A stretch of DNA of 64,000 nucleotides, from positions 32,001 to 96,000 of the forward strand of contig CAWJEN010000001.1 of the NCBI GenBank assembly GCA_963841915.1, given 5' to 3'. Below the pieces are notes generated by a model. The model searched no databases. It saw only the letters and a list, made by a program, of their open reading frames with translations, and was not told the origin of the DNA. Shown here piece by piece: positions 59,514 to 64,000 of the stretch. The stretch's first letter is position 1, and every line of letters begins with the position of its first letter. This DNA comes from an uncultured Planctomycetota bacterium (GTDB taxonomy: Bacteria > Planctomycetota > Phycisphaerae > Tepidisphaerales > Tepidisphaeraceae). The translations under genes were made by a program, and so were the position numbers.

Positions 59514-59606
59514 ATAAAGAAGCCGCGTCGCAAGGCGACGCGGCCTCAAACACCTTTGAGTCGATGGAGTTTCGGCTTCAGAGCCAAGCCACTGAAGTGG
59601 CTTGGC
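59514..59606 (-). terminator. Two hairpins between convergent genes
   Basis: GCCGCGTCGC-AAG-GCGACGCGGC at 59522-59544, followed on the minus strand by TTCTTTATT. Second hairpin GCCAAGCCACT-GA-AGTGGCTTGGC at 59583-59606. Confidence 0.7.
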
Positions 59607-59617
59607 CTTGAGGCGCA

Positions 59618-61480
59618 TCACGGAATGTCGTTGCGCTCGTCGTTCGAGTCGGTGCTGGCGGTGTCGTTACCAGAGCCGCCGAAGAGCGTGTCGATCTCGT
59701 TGTCTTCGGCGAAGAAGGTGTCGTCGCCTTCGAGGCCGCGCATGATGTCACGACCCGGGCCACCGTCGAAGATGTCGTTGCCGATGCCGCCTTCGAGGGT
59801 GTCGTTACCGGCGTTGCCGAAGAGGCGGACGTCGTTGTCGCTGGTGGTGGAGAAGTCGTCGTCACCGCTGCCACCGAGGAGAATTTCGATGTCGTCTTTG
59901 ACGTCGTCGCTTTCGCCGCTCTCGCCGTCGTCGGCCAAGACGCCCAGTCCGACGACCAGGTTTTCGACGCGGTCTGCGTAGCTGAGGCGATCGGTGCCGC
60001 TACCACCGGCGATGTAGTCGCCGCCGTAGCCGGGCTCGATGATGTCGTTGCCACCTGAGCCGAAGATGAAGTCGTCACCGCCTGTGTCAGGTGTGGCTCC
60101 GCCACTGCTTTGGCCGCCGAAGATGTTGTCACCGCCGTTGGAGCCGATGATCGTGTCGTCACCCGCACCGCCGTCGAGACGGCTACTGGCGGTGACGCCG
60201 CTGACGATGATCGAGTCGTTCCCGCCGAGCCCGCGGATGAAGATCTCGCGGATGTCGCTGGCCAGCAGGTTGCCGCTGGCCTCGACGCGCGAGCCGTCAC
60301 GGCTGCCGGCGAAGAAGGTGACGCGGCTGTCACCGGCGTAGCTGACGACGGTGATGCGGTCGGCCGACTCGCTACCGGTGAAGCTCAGCACGCCGTCCTC
60401 GAAGGTGGCGTTGCCGGTGACGCTGTCAGTCGTGCTGCCGCTGTCGCCGGTGATGGAACCTTCAAACGCGGACTCGTCTGCGGTGCCATTGAAGGTGTCG
60501 CTGACGCTACCAGCCGGGTCGAGGTCGCCGTAGACGAGGTCCTGGCCCGGGCCTCCGGCGTTGCCTGTGCCGGGGGCCTCGTTCTCGTTGGCGTCGATGA
60601 TGTCAGCTTCACCGTCGGCGGCGAAGATGAAGTCACGGCCGAGCAAGCCCACCAGTGAGTCCTGTCCGACGCCACCGATAAGTGTGTCGTCGGCCTGGCT
60701 GCCGCGGAGGGTGTCGTTGCCCGCGCCGCCGACGAGTCGGACGCTGTAGGTGACAGCCGGTGCCGACAGGAAGTCGTTACCGCTGCCGCCGACGAGGGTT
60801 TCGATGTCCTCTTGGACATTGTCTCGCTCGCCTTCGTTGAGCTGACCGTCGTTGGCCAGGCCGTCAATCGTGACCGACACCTGATCGGTGCGGTTGCGGT
60901 AGTCGACGGTGTCGTTGCCCGCGCCGCCGATGAAGTTGTCATCACCAGCGCCACCGGCCATCAGGTCGTTACCGCGGCCGCCGAAGATGTAGTCGTTGCC
61001 ACCTTCTGCCAGCACGGTGTCGGCCCGCGGTCCACCGCTGATCGTGTCATCGCCGCCGCCCGCCACGACGTTGATCGGGACGGACAGGGTCTGCCCAGCG
61101 ATGACGAGGTCGTTACCGCCAAACGTCGTGACGACGACGCGGCGGACGTCAGTGCCTTCCGGGATCTCGCCGACGCCTGCGACGTCGAAGAACTCGCTGA
61201 TGACAGGCGTGGTGCTGTCGTTGATGTAGTTGATGTAGTCGGCCTCGGTCGTGCCGGCCGGTGCGCCGTCGCCGTTGGATTCGTAGACGCGGAAGCCGGT
61301 AACGCCGTCCGCTTCGGTGCCGCGGGTCTCGAACTGGACGATGTCATTGCCGGCGTCGACGCTGACATTGAGCACGCCAGTCGAGTCATCGAATGTGATG
61401 GCAAGCAGGCGGCGACCTTCCAGCCGCTCAATACCGGCGGATACGGCACGATCAAAACGGCGCTTCGTAGTGGTCTTCAT
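59618..61480 (-). CDS. Ca2+-binding RTX/hemolysin-type repeat protein with planctomycete LExRxLL N-terminus
   Basis: IERLEGRRLLA and many GGxGxD nonapeptides. Highly acidic. Confidence 0.9.
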   Translation of the reverse strand: MKTTTKRRFDRAVSAGIERLEGRRLLAITFDDSTGVLNVSVDAGNDIVQFETRGTEADGVTGFRVYESNGDGAPAGTTEADYINYINDSTTPVISEFFDVAGVGEIPEGTDVRRVVVTTFGGNDLVIAGQTLSVPINVVAGGGDDTISGGPRADTVLAEGGNDYIFGGRGNDLMAGGAGDDNFIGGAGNDTVDYRNRTDQVSVTIDGLANDGQLNEGERDNVQEDIETLVGGSGNDFLSAPAVTYSVRLVGGAGNDTLRGSQADDTLIGGVGQDSLVGLLGRDFIFAADGEADIIDANENEAPGTGNAGGPGQDLVYGDLDPAGSVSDTFNGTADESAFEGSITGDSGSTTDSVTGNATFEDGVLSFTGSESADRITVVSYAGDSRVTFFAGSRDGSRVEASGNLLASDIREIFIRGLGGNDSIIVSGVTASSRLDGGAGDDTIIGSNGGDNIFGGQSSGGATPDTGGDDFIFGSGGNDIIEPGYGGDYIAGGSGTDRLSYADRVENLVVGLGVLADDGESGESDDVKDDIEILLGGSGDDDFSTTSDNDVRLFGNAGNDTLEGGIGNDIFDGGPGRDIMRGLEGDDTFFAEDNEIDTLFGGSGNDTASTDSNDERNDIP

Positions 61481-61581
61481 AGTTGTCTGGCGGTGGATTA
61501 AGGATTTTTAAATGTCTCGGAATTATCGGCAGCGTCGCACGAAGCCCTACAACCCGTCAATGCCAGACCCTGCAGACCCCG

Positions 61582-62613
61582 TTAAGCCGCCTCCGGGGTG
61601 AGCCCCAGCGAACGCGCCTGCTGCACGAACTGGTCGAGCAAGGGATCTGCCGCGTCACGCAGCCGGCCGGCCGCTTCAAGGTGGGCCAGACTCCGTGCGA
61701 CACCGTCGATGAACGCGACCTCGCACCTGAACTCTGGCACGTCCCGCATGGCGGCGGCGCTCGTGTATGCCCCGTGGTATCCGGTAATATCCCGCAACAG
61801 CCCAAATCGTTCAGCATCGGCTTCGACGATGGCGTCACGAGGCAGGAACAGAAGCTGTGCCGTTTTTCCGAAGTAGGCTGCCGCTTCGCGGTAGTAGTCA
61901 CGCCACGTAAAGACCCGCTGCGTCGTCGCGTTGTAGGACTTGCCGAACGTGACGCTCCGACCGGCGGCGTAGGCGAAGAGCTTGCCGACGTCGTCGCGAT
62001 GCGTGCTGTTCCACAAACCCAATCCGTCCCCGGCCAAGATGACTGGTAAACCTTGACGAATCCGCTCCCAGTCAGGTGTGTCGAACTCAAGCTGGCCGAT
62101 GATGTTACCGCCCTCGCCGTAGGTGGAGCTGGGGCGGATGACCGTCACCGCGACGTCGCCCTTCGCGTCGGCATTGAGCAAAACCTGCTCAGCGGCAAGT
62201 TTGTTTCGGCCGTAGCTGCTGATGGGCTCCTGCGGCCACGTCTCGTCAATGATCACCGTCGGCGGCACCTTGATGCCGTACGTACAGACCGTGCTGCAGA
62301 AGATAAGGTGCTCTGCCGAGACGTGACGGCACAGCCGCAGCGTCGCCTCGGCCTGCTCGACATTGAAGCCGATCATGTCGATGACGACGTCGAATTGCTC
62401 ACCGTCGAACGCCTGCAACAGCGTCTCGACGTCGTTGCGGTCGCCGTGTCGTTGTTCGACCACACCCGGAAGCGGCTGATCAGATTTGGCGTCGGTTCTG
62501 CCGCGATTGAAACAGATGACCTTAATCGGCTCGTGCTCGCTGCGGGCGATGAGGTGCTTGATGATGCCGACGCTAATGAGGCCAGTACCGCCGAGAAGGA
62601 GAATCCGGGTCAT
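61582..62613 (-). CDS. NAD-dependent epimerase/dehydratase
   Basis: ILLLGGTGLIS, FDVVIDMI, YGRNK (YxxxK) and IRPSSTYG. Confidence 0.9.
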   Translation of the reverse strand: MTRILLLGGTGLISVGIIKHLIARSEHEPIKVICFNRGRTDAKSDQPLPGVVEQRHGDRNDVETLLQAFDGEQFDVVIDMIGFNVEQAEATLRLCRHVSAEHLIFCSTVCTYGIKVPPTVIIDETWPQEPISSYGRNKLAAEQVLLNADAKGDVAVTVIRPSSTYGEGGNIIGQLEFDTPDWERIRQGLPVILAGDGLGLWNSTHRDDVGKLFAYAAGRSVTFGKSYNATTQRVFTWRDYYREAAAYFGKTAQLLFLPRDAIVEADAERFGLLRDITGYHGAYTSAAAMRDVPEFRCEVAFIDGVARSLAHLEAAGRLRDAADPLLDQFVQQARSLGLTPEAA

Positions 62614-62647
62614 GATCGACCCTAGCCCGCGGCCGATAGGCTGAGGT

Positions 62648-63772
62648 ATGCGGATCACGTTCGTGCTGCCTCTGCCGAGCCTGTCGGGTGGCGTGCGCGT
62701 GGTGGCCGAGTATGCCAAGCACCTCAGCGAGCGAGGGCACACGGTGACCGTCGTCAGCACCGGCCTTCCGCCAAAGCCGCCAGTCTGGCAACGCATCCGC
62801 AGGCGGCTGAGCCGACTCAAGCGTGGCGACATTTGCGGCGCGTTCTTTCCGACGCACCCGCCGATCCACAACGATCACTTTGATGCCGTTCCGCACCTGC
62901 ACACCCTGCTCCCGCACGCAGGCCCGGTGACGGATCGCGACGTGCCCGACGCCGACATCGTCCTTTCGACCTGGTGGGAGACGGTGCCGTGGGTTGCCAA
63001 TCTCTCGCCATCGAAGGGTCGTAAGATTCACTTCCTCCAGCACGACGAGCGGGCGATGGCAACAGACGACGCGATCGCCCGACGCATCGGCGACGTCAGC
63101 TGGAAGACGCCCGGCTTCCGCCGTGTGGCCGTGGCGTCGTGGATCAAAGACATCGGCCAACGCGAGTTCGGCGTCTCCGACTGCGTTGTCATGTCTAACG
63201 CGGTCGACCACGACCACTTCAACGCCGAGCCGCGCGAGCTTGGGAATCCGCCGGCCGTCGGGTTCATGACGAGTGCCGTTCGCTTCAAGGGCTCGGACAT
63301 AGCCCAGCAGGCGTGGCAATTGGCCAGAGAGCGGGTGCCAAATCTTCGACTTGTCACGTTCGGCACGTCAATCGATCCCGACCTGCCGCTTCCACCTGAG
63401 GCCGAGCATCACAACAAGCCGCCGCAAACGACGATTGCCGATGTCTATCGGTCATGCGACGCGTGGCTGTTTGCGAGCCGATGCGAAGGGTTTGGGCTGC
63501 CGATCCTGGAAGCGATGGCCTGCCGGACACCTGTCATCGGCACACCGACAGGAGCTGGCCCCGACCTGATCAACGATACGAACGGCCGCCTCGTCGCGAT
63601 GGAGGACGTGTCTGCCATGGCCGACGCCATTGTGGCTGTGGTGACGCAACCGGCGGGCGAGTGGCGACAAATGAGCGATGCGGCACTGGCCACTGCCCAC
63701 CTCCACGCGTGGCCGGCGGCGACGGATCGATTCGAGGCTTTCTTGAAGGATGTTGCCCAGACGCCTGGTTAG
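62648..63772 (+). CDS. Glycosyltransferase family 4
   Basis: SGGVRVVAEYA and EGFGLPILEAMAC (EX7E). Confidence 0.93.
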   Translation: MRITFVLPLPSLSGGVRVVAEYAKHLSERGHTVTVVSTGLPPKPPVWQRIRRRLSRLKRGDICGAFFPTHPPIHNDHFDAVPHLHTLLPHAGPVTDRDVPDADIVLSTWWETVPWVANLSPSKGRKIHFLQHDERAMATDDAIARRIGDVSWKTPGFRRVAVASWIKDIGQREFGVSDCVVMSNAVDHDHFNAEPRELGNPPAVGFMTSAVRFKGSDIAQQAWQLARERVPNLRLVTFGTSIDPDLPLPPEAEHHNKPPQTTIADVYRSCDAWLFASRCEGFGLPILEAMACRTPVIGTPTGAGPDLINDTNGRLVAMEDVSAMADAIVAVVTQPAGEWRQMSDAALATAHLHAWPAATDRFEAFLKDVAQTPG

Positions 63773-63849
63773 GCGAATCGACCGCGAGTCTGCCGCCCGC
63801 GCAGCCGATACAGTCAGGCCAGGTCATCTGCCGTCAGACACTCAAGCCC

Positions 63850-64000
63850 GTGAACGCCCGCCTCCACAACGACCCGCCCGGCCGGACGCTCAGCGTCGTG
63901 CTGCCTGCTTACAACGAGCAGGAAGTTCTGCCGATGACCTTCGAGCGATTTCTCGGCGTCTCCGATGAGTTGCAGGCACTTGGACTCGATCTCGAGCTCG
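63850..64000 (+). CDS. Glycosyltransferase family 2, N-terminus (runs off window)
   Basis: LSVVLPAYNEQEVLP in the open frame from GTG 63850. Confidence 0.8.
   Translation, partial: MNARLHNDPPGRTLSVVLPAYNEQEVLPMTFERFLGVSDELQALGLDLEL

Noticed and set aside
59618..61480. RTX toxin / type I secretion locus
   Set aside because: Only Ca2+-binding repeats are present, with no toxin domain, acyltransferase or T1SS genes adjacent.
1..64000. CRISPR array, cas genes, prophage, rRNA, intact transposase
   Set aside because: I saw no regularly spaced repeats or recognisable genes of these kinds. All IS elements are fragments without evident terminal repeats.

Overview
High-GC window from a probable planctomycete (Phycisphaerae-like). 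The taxon is inferred from DUF1559 prepilin-like proteins, LExRxLL N-termini, PEP-CTERM proteins and many sulfatases. The window has two parts. (1) About 1-43.3 kb is an accessory glycan-utilisation region. It encodes sulfatases, sialate O-acetylesterases, Na+/solute symporters, a fucose-isomerase-like enzyme, a DHDPS-family lyase, FG-GAP and Asp-box beta-propeller proteins, two paralogous unknown GH-like proteins, and two regulator/PEP-CTERM(-like)/DUF1559 cassettes. Many pseudogenes and IS5/IS630/IS66 scars are mixed in, and most decayed catabolic genes have an intact relative in the window. (2) About 43.3-64 kb is housekeeping-like: a TolB-like lipoprotein, ABC permease, queE, tRNA-Leu(TAG), gpmI, ParA, an RTX-repeat protein and glycosyltransferases. 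Three parS sites suggest it is origin-proximal. The best novelty candidates are the PUL-like PEP-CTERM/DUF1559 system, a repeated 78-80 bp inverted TGCAACATC element in three of its promoter regions, and the unclassified GH-like protein pair. All calls come from reading motifs by eye. No searches were run.
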